Of a DNA stretch of 36,677 bases, positions 18,848-28,440 are shown one piece after another. Every line of letters starts with the position of its first letter. Position 1 is the stretch's first letter. A model generated the notes under the pieces. It was not told the origin of the DNA. It did not search any database and saw only the letters and a program-made list of their open reading frames with translations. The position numbers and the translations under genes are program-made. The stretch comes from Lapillicoccus sp. (GTDB lineage: Bacteria > Actinomycetota > Actinomycetes > Actinomycetales > Dermatophilaceae): the NCBI GenBank assembly GCA_035535635.1, contig DATLPT010000150.1, forward strand, positions 1 to 36,677, written 5' to 3'.

Positions 18848-19672
18848 ATGGCCTTCCGACGACTCCGCAAGCAGCGTGACCCAGAGGGACGGATGTCCCT
18901 CGGTGACCACCTGCGGGAGCTGCGCAACCGCCTGACCATCGCGCTCATCGCCATCGTCGTCGGGGCGGGCATCGGCTGGTGGAGGTACGACGCGATCTTC
19001 CAGCGCCTGGAAGCGCCGATCCAGCAGGTGGCTGCAGAGCGAGGGACGGCCCTCTCGACGCTGATCAACTTTTCCGGAATCACCGACGCGTTCTCGATAC
19101 TCATCACGGTCGGGCTCTTCGTCGGGGTCGTCATCGCGTCGCCGGTCTGGCTGTACGAGATCTGGGCGTTCATCGTGCCCGGGCTGACGTCCCGGGAGAA
19201 GAAGACCGCGGTGCTGTTCATCGTGACGGCGGTGCCGCTGTTCCTCGCCGGCTGTGCTCTGGGCTACTTGACCCTGCCCAAGGCCGTCCACGCGCTGCTG
19301 GGGTTCACGCCGGAGGGCGCCACCAACATCCTCCCGGCGGACACCTACCTCAACTTCGTCCTCAAGTTCATCCTGGCGTTCGGGCTCGCCTTCCTGCTTC
19401 CGGTGTTCCTCGTCGGGCTGAATGCCGCCGGAGTGCTGCCCGCGCGCATCATGCTGCGCGGTTGGCGTCCCGCGGTCTTCCTGATCTTCCTCTTCGCAGC
19501 GATCATGACCCCCTCGCCCGACCCGTGGTCGATGCTCTTCCTCGCGCTGCCGATGGTCGGCCTCTTCTTCGCCGCCGTCGGCGTCGGGGCGCTGCTCGAC
19601 CGGCGGCGCGCCAAGCGCGACGTCTCGGTCGCCTGGCGGAACCTGCCGGACGACCAGGCCTCCCCGATCTAG
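18848..19672 (+). CDS. tatC: Twin-arginine translocase subunit TatC
   Basis: MSLGDHLRELRNRL, WLYEIWAFIVPGL, AAIMTPSPDPWSM. Confidence 0.96.
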   Translation: MAFRRLRKQRDPEGRMSLGDHLRELRNRLTIALIAIVVGAGIGWWRYDAIFQRLEAPIQQVAAERGTALSTLINFSGITDAFSILITVGLFVGVVIASPVWLYEIWAFIVPGLTSREKKTAVLFIVTAVPLFLAGCALGYLTLPKAVHALLGFTPEGATNILPADTYLNFVLKFILAFGLAFLLPVFLVGLNAAGVLPARIMLRGWRPAVFLIFLFAAIMTPSPDPWSMLFLALPMVGLFFAAVGVGALLDRRRAKRDVSVAWRNLPDDQASPI

Positions 19673-19709
19673 TTCCGCCCTGGGTCCGCACGGCCGGTAG
19701 CCTTCGCCC

Positions 19710-20615
19710 GTGCCCGGCGCCCTCCGCCTGCCGCGGGTCGGCCTGCTCACCAACCCGACCGCCGGGCGGGGACGCGGGGCGACGTACGGCCGGCAGGCGG
19801 CGGCGGTGCTTCGCGCCGCCGGTCACGACGTCCTGGACCTCTCCGGACCGGACGCGGCCACGGCGGCGCGGCGGGCCCGGGAGGCCGTCGACGCCGAGCG
19901 GGTCGACGTCCTCACCGTCGTCGGCGGCGACGGCATGGTCCACCTCGGGGCGAACGTGTGCGCGGGCCGGCCGACACCCCTGGCCGTCGTCGCGGCGGGA
20001 ACCGGAAACGACAACGCCCGTGAGCTGGGGCTGCCCATCAAGTCGCCGGAGCAGGCGGCCCTCTTGGTCACCGCCGGACGGACCCGCACCGTCGACCTCG
20101 GCCGGTGCCTCACGAGCACCGGGCAGACCCGGTGGTGGATTGGCGTCCTCGGCGGCGGGTTCGACTCGGTCGTCAACGAGCGCGCGGCCCGGATGCCGTG
20201 GCCGCGCGGACCGATGCGCTACAACGTCGCCGTTGCCCGAGAGCTCCCGGTCTTCCGCCCGATCCCGTACGTCGTCACTGTCGACGGCGAGCGCACTGTC
20301 ACCGAGGCGATGCTCGTGGCGGTTGCCAACGGGCCGGCGTTCGGAGGAGGGATGCGGATAGCGCCCGAGGCGTCGTACGACGACGGCCTCTTCGACGTCG
20401 TCATCCTCCACCGCGTGTCCCGGACCGAGTTCGTCCGCGTCTTCCCGAGGGTCTTCAAGGGCACCCACGTCAGCCATCCGCGCGTCGAGATCCGGCACGG
20501 TCGTCGGGTACGCCTCGAAGCGGCGGGCATCGTCACGCAGGCCGACGGCGAGCGGTTCGAGCCGCTGCCGCTGGACCTGGAGGTCGTCCCGGAGGCGCTC
20601 TCCGTCGTGTCATAG
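19710..20615 (+). CDS. Diacylglycerol/lipid kinase family protein (YegS/Rv2252-like)
   Basis: NPTAGRG, VGGDGMVH, AGTGNDNARELG, ANGPAFGGGM, ADGE. Confidence 0.92.
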   Translation: MPGALRLPRVGLLTNPTAGRGRGATYGRQAAAVLRAAGHDVLDLSGPDAATAARRAREAVDAERVDVLTVVGGDGMVHLGANVCAGRPTPLAVVAAGTGNDNARELGLPIKSPEQAALLVTAGRTRTVDLGRCLTSTGQTRWWIGVLGGGFDSVVNERAARMPWPRGPMRYNVAVARELPVFRPIPYVVTVDGERTVTEAMLVAVANGPAFGGGMRIAPEASYDDGLFDVVILHRVSRTEFVRVFPRVFKGTHVSHPRVEIRHGRRVRLEAAGIVTQADGERFEPLPLDLEVVPEALSVVS

Positions 20616-20625
20616 CGTGGGAACC

Positions 20626-23424
20626 ATGGCCGCGGATGAGCTGCGCACGTTCACCGCGTCGCTGGCGTTCCCGCTCGACCCGTTCCAGGTCGACGGGTGC
20701 CAGGCGCTCGAGGCCGGCCACGGGGTCCTGGTCGCCGCCCCGACCGGCGCCGGCAAGACCGTTGTCGGAGAGTTCGCCGTCCACCTCGCGCTCGCGACCG
20801 GGCGCAAGGCGTTCTACACGACGCCGATCAAGGCCCTCTCGAACCAGAAGTACGCCGACCTGGCGCGCCGCTACGGCGCGGCGCGAGTCGGTCTGCTGAC
20901 GGGCGACTCGTCGGTCAACGGAGAGGCGCCGGTGGTGGTCATGACCACCGAGGTGCTCCGCAACATGATGTATGCCGGTTCGCCCACCCTGGCCGGGCTG
21001 GGCTACGTCGTCATGGACGAGGTCCACTACCTGGCTGACCGGTTCCGCGGGGCGGTGTGGGAGGAGGTCATCATCCACCTCCCGCCGGAGGTCCGGCTTG
21101 TCTCGCTTTCGGCGACGGTGTCGAACGCCGAGGAGTTCGGCGCCTGGCTGACGGAGGTCCGCGGCGACGTTTCCGTTGTCGTGTCAGAACACCGGCCGGT
21201 GCCGCTGTGGCAGCACATGATGGTCGGTCGCGGCATGTACGACCTGTTCGTCGACGAAGGGTTCGACCCGTCCGACGCTCCCGACGGCGCGGTCGAGGCG
21301 ATGCGAGACGTGGCGCCCACGCGGGTGAATCCCGAGCTGCTCCAAGCCATCGCGAACCTGTCCCGGCGCACGTACGACCAAGACCGGTTCCCCTCGCGCG
21401 GCCGCGGACGACGCGGCGGGCCGGGCGGCGGTCCCGGCGGCCGGGGGATGGCTCGGTCCGCCGGTCTGGGCGGTGGACGCCCGGGCGGCGGCGCCACCCG
21501 CGCGGAGGTCGTCGAACGCCTCGAGCGCGAAGGCCTGCTCCCCGCGATCACGTTCATCTTCAGCCGGGTGGGCTGCGAGGCGGCGGTCGGGCAGCTCCTC
21601 GCGCAAAACGTGCACCTGGTCGCCGACGAGGAGGGCGAGCGGATCCGGCGTGTCGTCGAGGAGCGGGTCGCGGGCATCGACGACGAGGACCTGGCCGTCC
21701 TCGGGTACTGGGACTTCCTCGACGGCCTTTCCCGTGGGTATGCGGCACACCACGCCGGCATGCTGCCCACCTTCCGCGAGGTGGTGGAGGAGCTCTTCAC
21801 GGCGGGGCGCATCCGGGCCGTGTTCGCCACCGAGACGCTGGCTCTCGGCATCAACATGCCGGCCCGCACGGTGGTGCTCGAACGGCTGGTCAAGTTCAAC
21901 GGCGAGGCGCACGTCGACGTCACGCCCGCCGAGTACACCCAGCTCACCGGGCGGGCCGGCCGCCGCGGCATCGACATCGAGGGCCACGCGGTCGTCCTCT
22001 GGAACCGGCAGCTCGACCCCCTCGCCGTCGCCGGCCTCGCGTCGACGCGCACCTACCCGCTCCGGTCGAGCTTTCGCCCGACCTACAACATGGCCGTCAA
22101 CCTCGTCGCCCAGTTCGGCCGCGAGCGGGCTCGCGAGCTGCTGGAGACCTCGTTCGCGCAGTTCCAGGCCGACCGGGCCGTCGTGGGGTTCGTGCGCACC
22201 ATCCGGCGCAACGAGGAGGCGCTGGCCGCCTACGCGGAGGCGATGCAGTGCGACCGAGGCGACTTCGCCGCATACGCTGCCATACGCGACGAGATCCGCC
22301 GAGTCGAGAACGACGCCGCGAAGCGCCGGGCCGCGAGCGTGCGCGCTGAGGCCGCCGTCAGCCTCGAGCAGCTCCGGGTCGGCGACGTCATCCAGATCCC
22401 GGCCGGGCGTCGGGCGGGATTCGCGGTGGTGGTGCAGGCCAACCGAGGTCACCGCGGCGTCACCCCCTCACCGGCCGTCGTCACCGAGGACCGGCAGCTG
22501 CGCCGGCTGACCCTCGTCGACGTGCCGACGCCGGTCGAGGCGATCGCGACGGTCAAGCTGCCGAAGAACTTCAACGCCAAGAGCCCAAAGTCCCGCCGGG
22601 ACCTCGCGACGACGTTGCGCATCGCCGTACCCCACGATCTGCCGGCCGGACGTGGGCGTAACGACACGCATACCGACGACTCATCCAAGATCGAGGAGCT
22701 GCGCCGGCAGCTGCGGGCCCACCCCTGCCACTCCTGCCCCGACCGCGAGCAGCACGCGCGCTGGGCCGAGCGGTGGTGGCGGTTGACCCGGGAGACGGAG
22801 GGGCTGCAGCGCAAGGTCGACGGGCGGACCAACTCGGTCGCGCGGACCTTCGACCGGATCTGCGACCTGCTGGAGGAGATGGGCTACCTCGGCGCAGCCG
22901 GCACCACGGTGACCGAGCGGGGCGAGCAGCTGCGTCGGCTCTACACCGAGAAGGACCTCCTCGCGGCCGAGTGCCTTCGGCACGGAGTGTGGGAGAAGCT
23001 CGACCCGCCGGGCCTCGCCTCGGCGATCTCGACCCTCGTCCACGAGCCCCGGCGCGAGGACTCCGAGATCAGCCCTCGGATGCCGCGCGAGGAGGTCCAC
23101 GAGGCGTGGACGGCCATGGTCCGCCTCTGGAGCGGAATCGAGGACCACGAGCGCGACCGCGGCCTCCCGGTGACTGGCGACCCCGACGGCGGCATCGCCT
23201 GGATGGTTTACCGCTGGGCCGGCGGGCATCCGCTGGAGTCCGTGCTGCGCGGCAGCGACATCGCCGCGGGCGACTTCGTCCGGCGGTGCAAGCAGATCGT
23301 CGACCTGCTCGACCAGGTCGCCGACGCGGCGTTAACGAGTGGCTCACTGAAGCTGGCCCGCACGGCTCGTTCGGCGGTCGACGCGGTGCGCCGCGGCGTG
23401 GTGGCGGCCGATCGGGTGGACTGA
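20626..23424 (+). CDS. helY: Ski2-like DEVH-box RNA helicase HelY
   Basis: APTGAGKT, TPIKALSNQK, DEVH, SAT, TETLALGINMPA, QLTGRAGRRG, C-terminal AGDFVRRCKQ. Confidence 0.95.
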   Translation: MAADELRTFTASLAFPLDPFQVDGCQALEAGHGVLVAAPTGAGKTVVGEFAVHLALATGRKAFYTTPIKALSNQKYADLARRYGAARVGLLTGDSSVNGEAPVVVMTTEVLRNMMYAGSPTLAGLGYVVMDEVHYLADRFRGAVWEEVIIHLPPEVRLVSLSATVSNAEEFGAWLTEVRGDVSVVVSEHRPVPLWQHMMVGRGMYDLFVDEGFDPSDAPDGAVEAMRDVAPTRVNPELLQAIANLSRRTYDQDRFPSRGRGRRGGPGGGPGGRGMARSAGLGGGRPGGGATRAEVVERLEREGLLPAITFIFSRVGCEAAVGQLLAQNVHLVADEEGERIRRVVEERVAGIDDEDLAVLGYWDFLDGLSRGYAAHHAGMLPTFREVVEELFTAGRIRAVFATETLALGINMPARTVVLERLVKFNGEAHVDVTPAEYTQLTGRAGRRGIDIEGHAVVLWNRQLDPLAVAGLASTRTYPLRSSFRPTYNMAVNLVAQFGRERARELLETSFAQFQADRAVVGFVRTIRRNEEALAAYAEAMQCDRGDFAAYAAIRDEIRRVENDAAKRRAASVRAEAAVSLEQLRVGDVIQIPAGRRAGFAVVVQANRGHRGVTPSPAVVTEDRQLRRLTLVDVPTPVEAIATVKLPKNFNAKSPKSRRDLATTLRIAVPHDLPAGRGRNDTHTDDSSKIEELRRQLRAHPCHSCPDREQHARWAERWWRLTRETEGLQRKVDGRTNSVARTFDRICDLLEEMGYLGAAGTTVTERGEQLRRLYTEKDLLAAECLRHGVWEKLDPPGLASAISTLVHEPRREDSEISPRMPREEVHEAWTAMVRLWSGIEDHERDRGLPVTGDPDGGIAWMVYRWAGGHPLESVLRGSDIAAGDFVRRCKQIVDLLDQVADAALTSGSLKLARTARSAVDAVRRGVVAADRVD

Positions 23425-23607
23425 CCCGTCAAGCCGCTCACGGCCGTCGTCCTTGTGCGACCGCTGGACCGGACGTCTGGGTCGATTCGGCGGGACGGCG
23501 CTCGCGGTGTCGCGGGTGGAAGGCGAGGGTTTGCGCGTCGGCGGCCGGACGAGCGTCGATGGGTCGGGCCGAGGACTCGATCAGCCAGTCCCGAGTACTC
23601 TGCCGGG

Positions 23608-23833
23608 CCCGCGTCATCAAGACGTCGGCCTGGTGATCGCCCTTCTCGTCGACGACGTCCCCATCGATGTGCTCGCTCAGCGTCTCGGCACCAGCCGTGG
23701 GGCCTTGTACAAGACGGTCCACGATGCGAGAACCCGTCTGCGGGCCGAGCTCACCACGATGGGCTACCTGCCTGCGGCCCCCAATACGTCCGTCTCGCGC
23801 CGCACCCGGAACACCTCGGGAGGTCAACCGTGA
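23608..23833 (+). pseudogene. Truncated ECF sigma factor (region 4 only)
   Basis: VIALLVDDVPIDVLAQRLGTSRGALYKTVHDARTRLR HTH; no region 2 upstream; GTGA-coupled to a zinc-finger anti-sigma-like gene; 5' boundary approximate. Confidence 0.65.
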
Positions 23834-24075
23834 ACACCACGCCACCGCGACGTCAGGCCGCCTTCAACGCCGCGGCGGTCGACGCACTTCTGCGCGACAC
23901 GACTCCGTGGCTCTCCTGCGAAGACTGCTTCGAGCGAATGGACTCGTACGTCGAGGCCCTGCGCCGCGACCCCGGTCACCTCGATCAGGCGATGAGCACC
24001 CACCTCCGGGGTTGCGCAGCATGCGACGAAGAAGCCCGATCGCTCGTCGCGCTCCTCACCGAAGGCAGCGACTGA
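23830..24075 (+). CDS. Small zinc-binding anti-sigma-like protein (zf-HC2/ZAS type)
   Basis: PWLSCEDCF and HLRGCAAC (HxxxCxxC); GGAGGT RBS. Confidence 0.75.
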   Translation: MNTTPPRRQAAFNAAAVDALLRDTTPWLSCEDCFERMDSYVEALRRDPGHLDQAMSTHLRGCAACDEEARSLVALLTEGSD

Positions 24076-24156
24076 CCCTGCGTTCTGTTCACACCGCGGT
24101 CACTCCACCCGCAGATCGGCTCGACTGACCCGACTAGAGGCGCAACGGCGGGACTA

Positions 24157-24189
24157 TGCGGCTGAGATTGCCGCACGTGCGTCTATGAT
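24157..24189 (+). promoter_or_regulatory. Candidate operator and -10 of the mod operon
   Basis: TGCGGC-N7-GCCGCA inverted repeat overlapping the palindrome CGCACGTGCG (24172-24181), next to TATGAT 6 nt before the GTG. Confidence 0.55.
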
Positions 24190-24195
24190 CCTGTA

Positions 24196-24606
24196 GTGAC
24201 GACGTTCCGGGTTCGCGAGGCGGCCGACCTGCTCGGGGTGAGCGACGACACCGTCCGACGGTGGATCGACGCCGGCCGGCTCGCCTCGACGACGGATGCA
24301 GGGGGCCGGAACGTCGTCGCGGGGTCGGATCTCGCGGCCTTCGCCCAGACCCTGGCCGCGGCCGGCGATCACCCCGCTCCTGGGCCCGTGCGGTCGGAGT
24401 CGGCGCGCAACCGGTTCGTCGGACTCGTGACCCGCGTCGTCCGCGACACCGTCATGGCGCAGGTCGAGATCCAGGCCGGCCCGCACCGCATCGTGTCCCT
24501 TCTGAGCCGGGAAGCGGCCGACGAGCTCCAGCTCGAGCCCGGCGTCCTCGCCATCGCGGCCGTCAAGTCCACTCACGTCGTCGTGGAGCTGCCGGAGCGT
24601 CCATGA
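24196..24606 (+). CDS. Excisionase-like HTH plus TOBE molybdate-responsive regulator
   Basis: FRVREAADLLGVSDDTVRRW, SARNRFVGLV, LAIAAVKST; leads modABC. Confidence 0.9.
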   Translation: MTTFRVREAADLLGVSDDTVRRWIDAGRLASTTDAGGRNVVAGSDLAAFAQTLAAAGDHPAPGPVRSESARNRFVGLVTRVVRDTVMAQVEIQAGPHRIVSLLSREAADELQLEPGVLAIAAVKSTHVVVELPERP

Positions 24607-25415
24607 AGCCCCTCAGTTCCCCCACGGCCGTCGTCGCCGGCGCCTACGCGGCCGTCGCAATGACCGCCTGCGGGTCGACCGCGACGCCGTCGTCGAGCGG
24701 CACCGCGTCGAGTGCGACGGCGGCCATCTCGAGCGCATCCCTCACCGGCACGGTCAACGTCTTCGCGGCGGCCTCCCTGCAGGAGACCTTCACGACGCTC
24801 AAGAAGCAGTTCGAGGCCGCCCACCCGGGGGTGACCGTCACCCCCAACTTCGGCGCCTCGTCCGCGCTGGCCCAGCAGATCAACCAGGGCGCGCCGGCCG
24901 ACGTGTTCGCCTCCGCCAGCCAGTCGAACATGGACCAGGTCGCCCAGTCGGGCGCCGCGTCCTCCCCGAAGCCGTTCGCGAGGAACGTCGTGGAGATCGC
25001 CGTCCCGCCGGCGAACCCGGCCGGGGTGGCGTCGGTGAACGACCTGGCCAGGGCCGGCCTCAAGGTCGCGCTGTGCCAGTCCCAGGTGCCGTGCGGCAGC
25101 GTCGCCGACAAGGTGTTCTCCAACGCCAAGATCACGGTCACGCCGGTCAGCCAGGACGCCGACGTCAAGGCGGTGCTGACCAAGGTGCAGCTCGGCGAGG
25201 TCGACGCCGGAGTCGTCTACGTCACCGACGTCAAGGCCGCTGGCGACAAGGTCAAGGGCGTCGAGATCCCGAGCGAAGTCAACGCGTCGACGTCCTACCC
25301 CATCGCCGCGCTCACCAAGGCGCCGAACCCCGACGCCGCGGCCGCCTTCGTCGCCTACGTCCTCTCGTCGGAGGGCCAAGCCGTGCTGAAGGCCGGTGGC
25401 TTCGCTGCGCCGTAG
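24603..25415 (+). CDS. modA: Molybdate ABC transporter substrate-binding lipoprotein
   Basis: Lipobox-like MTAC, VFAAASL, GASSALAQQI, ADVFASA, GEVDAGVVYVTD. Confidence 0.95.
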   Translation: MKPLSSPTAVVAGAYAAVAMTACGSTATPSSSGTASSATAAISSASLTGTVNVFAAASLQETFTTLKKQFEAAHPGVTVTPNFGASSALAQQINQGAPADVFASASQSNMDQVAQSGAASSPKPFARNVVEIAVPPANPAGVASVNDLARAGLKVALCQSQVPCGSVADKVFSNAKITVTPVSQDADVKAVLTKVQLGEVDAGVVYVTDVKAAGDKVKGVEIPSEVNASTSYPIAALTKAPNPDAAAAFVAYVLSSEGQAVLKAGGFAAP

Positions 25416-25440
25416 CCCCGGCTTGACGGAGGAGAAACCC

Positions 25441-26301
25441 GTGACGACGGCCCGCGGCCCGGTCGCCGCGGAGGAGCGTCGGCAGCGCCGGGCCCCGCAC
25501 GAGCGTCGGACGGGCGGAGTCGTGCCCTTGCCGCTGGCGGTGCTGGCAACTCTGGCAGTGCTGTTCCTCCTCGTCCCGCTCGGCGCGATGCTGCTGCGCG
25601 CCCCGTGGACGAGCCTGCCGCGGATCCTGGAGGAGGGATCGGTCCTCGAAGCGCTGCGGCTGTCCCTGCTTTGCGCTTCGGCGGCCACGGCCGTGTCGCT
25701 CCTGGTGGGCGTTCCGCTCGCGTGGGTCCTCGCGCGGGCCGAGTTCCGGGGCCTGCCGCTGCTGCGGGCGCTCGTCACGCTGCCGCTGGTGCTCCCGCCG
25801 GTGGTCGGGGGAGTGGCGCTGCTGCTGGCGTTCGGGCGGCTCGGTGTCGTCGGGCGGTACCTCGATCTCTGGTTCGGATTCACGCTCCCCTTCACGACGC
25901 TGGGCGTCATCGTGGCGGAGGCGTTCGTGGCCATGCCGTTCCTCGTCGTGACCGTCGAGGGTGCGTTCCGCAGCCTGGACCGCGGCTACGAGGAGGCGGC
26001 GGTGACGCTCGGCGCCTCGCGCCTCACGACGTTCCGTCGGGTGACGCTGCCGCTCGTGGGACCCTCGCTCGTCGCGGGGTCGGTGCTGTGCTGGGCACGC
26101 GCCCTCGGCGAGTTCGGGGCGACGATCACGTTCGCCGGCAACTTCCCTGGACGCACCCAGACCATGCCGCTCGCGGTCTACCTCGCCATGGAGACCGACC
26201 CGGACGCTGCGCTCGCCCTCTCCCTCGTCCTGCTGCTGGTGTCCGTCGCGGTGCTCGCCCTCCTACGCGACCGATGGTTGCGGGCCGGGAGCACCCTGTG
26301 A
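25441..26301 (+). CDS. modB: Molybdate ABC transporter permease
   Basis: LPLVLPPVVGG, EEAAVTLGA, WARALGEFGATITFAGNFPG; GGAGGA RBS. Confidence 0.95.
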   Translation: MTTARGPVAAEERRQRRAPHERRTGGVVPLPLAVLATLAVLFLLVPLGAMLLRAPWTSLPRILEEGSVLEALRLSLLCASAATAVSLLVGVPLAWVLARAEFRGLPLLRALVTLPLVLPPVVGGVALLLAFGRLGVVGRYLDLWFGFTLPFTTLGVIVAEAFVAMPFLVVTVEGAFRSLDRGYEEAAVTLGASRLTTFRRVTLPLVGPSLVAGSVLCWARALGEFGATITFAGNFPGRTQTMPLAVYLAMETDPDAALALSLVLLLVSVAVLALLRDRWLRAGSTL

Positions 26302-27389
26302 CGGCCGGCCTCGCCGTCGACGGCCGCGTGGACCGCGGTGGGTTCAGCCTGGACGTCCAGGCTCGGGTCGCTCCGCGGGAGGTGCTCGGCGTCCTGGGTC
26401 CCAACGGCGCGGGCAAGTCGACGCTGCTGCGAGCCCTCGCCGGCCTGGTCCCTCTCACCGAAGGGTCGATCCGGCTCGGCGACACCGTTCTCGACGAGGC
26501 GGCCACTGATACCTGGGTTCCGGCGGAGCAGCGTCCGGTCGGGATCGTGTTCCAGGACTATCGGCTGTTCCCGCACCTCGACGTCCGCGACAACGTCGCC
26601 TTCGCCCCGCGGTCGCGCGGCGCCGGCCGGGCTGAATCGCGGCGCGCCGCCCAGCACTGGGTCGACCGGCTCGACCTCGCGGACCTGGCCACGCGGCGGC
26701 CATCGCAGCTGTCGGGGGGGCAGGCGCAGCGCGTCGCCCTGGCCCGAGCCCTCGCCGCCGATCCGGCGCTGCTGCTACTCGACGAGCCGCTCGCGGCCCT
26801 CGACGCTCGAACGCGGCTCGACGTCCGCAGCACCCTGCGCCAGCACCTCGCCGACTTCGCCGGACCGGTCGTCGTCGTCACCCACGACCCGCTGGAAGCC
26901 ATGGTGCTCGCGGACCGGCTGCTCGTGCTGGAGGGCGGCCGGGTGGTCCAACAGGGCACGCCGGCCAGCGTCGCGAGGCACCCGGCGACCGACTACGTCG
27001 CGCGACTCGTCGGGCTCAACTTGTATGCGGGCCGCCTCGACTCACTCTCGGGTGAGGTCACCCTCGACGGCGGCGGCCGCCTCGTCGCGACGCTCACCCC
27101 TGAGGCCAACCCGGCGGACGGCCGGGTGCTGGTCGCCCTGTCTCCCGCGGCGATCAGCGTGCACGTCACGCCGCTGGACCACACCAGCATGCGCAACGTC
27201 TGGCGCGGGAGAGTGTCGGACCTGGAGCTCCTCGGCGACCGGGTTCGGCTCCAGGTGCAGGCGGAGCCCGCCGCCATCGTCGACATCACGGCAGCGGCGC
27301 TGACCGATCTCGGTCTGGAACGGGGGAGTGACGTGTGGCTGGCCGCCAAGGCCACCGAGACCGTGGCGTATCCGGAGACGGGAGGGTGA
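26298..27389 (+). CDS. modC: Molybdate ABC transporter ATPase with C-terminal TOBE
   Basis: GPNGAGKS, LSGGQAQRVALARA, LLLDEP, VTHD; GTGA overlap with modB. Confidence 0.93.
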   Translation: MTAGLAVDGRVDRGGFSLDVQARVAPREVLGVLGPNGAGKSTLLRALAGLVPLTEGSIRLGDTVLDEAATDTWVPAEQRPVGIVFQDYRLFPHLDVRDNVAFAPRSRGAGRAESRRAAQHWVDRLDLADLATRRPSQLSGGQAQRVALARALAADPALLLLDEPLAALDARTRLDVRSTLRQHLADFAGPVVVVTHDPLEAMVLADRLLVLEGGRVVQQGTPASVARHPATDYVARLVGLNLYAGRLDSLSGEVTLDGGGRLVATLTPEANPADGRVLVALSPAAISVHVTPLDHTSMRNVWRGRVSDLELLGDRVRLQVQAEPAAIVDITAAALTDLGLERGSDVWLAAKATETVAYPETGG

Positions 27390-27401
27390 TCCGCATACGG
27401 C

Positions 27402-28358
27402 TCAGTTGATCTTGAGGGCCGAGAGCACCCGGTTGAACGACGCGGTGACGCCGTAGTCGGAGGCGACCTTGCTGAGCAGCCGCGCGTCGGCGACCTCCGT
27501 CGGGATGGCCAGGTCGGCCTTGGGGAGCGGCGCGTCGCGGGCGACCCGCACCACGAGGGGAGCGACGTCGAGGTATGCGGAGGCCGCCTCGAGCCGGGTG
27601 CGTTGGGCGCCCCTGATGCCCTTGTCGCCGTCGTCGATCGCCGCCCGGAGGCCGGCCAGGTCGCCGTACGTGTGGATCAGCTGGGCGGCCGTCTTCTCAC
27701 CGATGCCGGCCACACCGGGCAGGCCGTCACTGGTGTCGCCGCGCAGGATCGACATGTCCGCGTAGGCGTCACCGTTGGAGACGGCGTACTTGTCGCGAAG
27801 GAAGGCCTCGTCGACGACGTCGGCGTTCCGGACGCCGCCGCGGGAGGTGTAGATCACCCTGACCTGGTTGGCGTCGTCGACGAGCTGGAACAGGTCGCGG
27901 TCGCCGGTGACGACGTCGACCGGACGGACGCCGTGCGATGCGGTGGCGAGCGTGCCGATGACGTCGTCGGCCTCGAACCCGTCGGAGCCGAGCCGGGTGA
28001 TGCCGAGAGCGGTGAGCGCGTCGACGATCACCGGGATCTGCGCCTCGAGCGGATCCGGGACCTCCTCCTCCCACTCGTCGGGAGCGATCTGCTCAGCCAC
28101 GCGGTGCGCCTTGTACGACGGGATCGCGTCCACCCGGAACGCCGGCCGCCAGTCGTTGTCCCAGCAGGCAACGAGGTGAGTCGGTCTGTAGGCGGTCACC
28201 AGGGAGGCGATCATGTCGAGGAACCCGCGAATCGCATTGTTGGCCGGAGCCTTCGCGTCGCTCCGCTCGTCGGGCACGCCGAAGAAAGCCCGGAAGTAGA
28301 GGCTGGCCGAGTCGAGGAGCATGAGGCGTTCGCCGGACCGTCCAGTTCTCGCGGGCAT
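27402..28358 (-). CDS. Stand-alone 5'-3' exonuclease / flap endonuclease
   Basis: LLDSASLYFRAFFG, YKAHR, FEADDVIGT, TGDRDLFQL, LRGDTSDGLPGVAGIGEKTA; ATG 7 nt after TAGGCT. Confidence 0.93.
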   Translation of the reverse strand: MPARTGRSGERLMLLDSASLYFRAFFGVPDERSDAKAPANNAIRGFLDMIASLVTAYRPTHLVACWDNDWRPAFRVDAIPSYKAHRVAEQIAPDEWEEEVPDPLEAQIPVIVDALTALGITRLGSDGFEADDVIGTLATASHGVRPVDVVTGDRDLFQLVDDANQVRVIYTSRGGVRNADVVDEAFLRDKYAVSNGDAYADMSILRGDTSDGLPGVAGIGEKTAAQLIHTYGDLAGLRAAIDDGDKGIRGAQRTRLEAASAYLDVAPLVVRVARDAPLPKADLAIPTEVADARLLSKVASDYGVTASFNRVLSALKIN

Positions 28359-28440
28359 GGACCGGAGCCTACGGCGGCTCGGCGGACACCCCTGCGCCCG
28401 TTGCCGCGTTTCGGGAACCGTCGGCGATTAGCCTGTGCCC

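Noticed and set aside
23438-23845. 135-aa minus-strand ORF after helY
   Set aside because: Overlaps the sigma remnant on the other strand and has no recognisable motif or start signal
28366-28388. Possible PafBC (RecA-NDp) promoter TGTCCG...TAGGCT before the 5'-3' exonuclease
   Set aside because: The spacer is 11 nt versus the 10 nt of TGTCGG-N10-TANNNT, and there is one mismatch; not supportable without data
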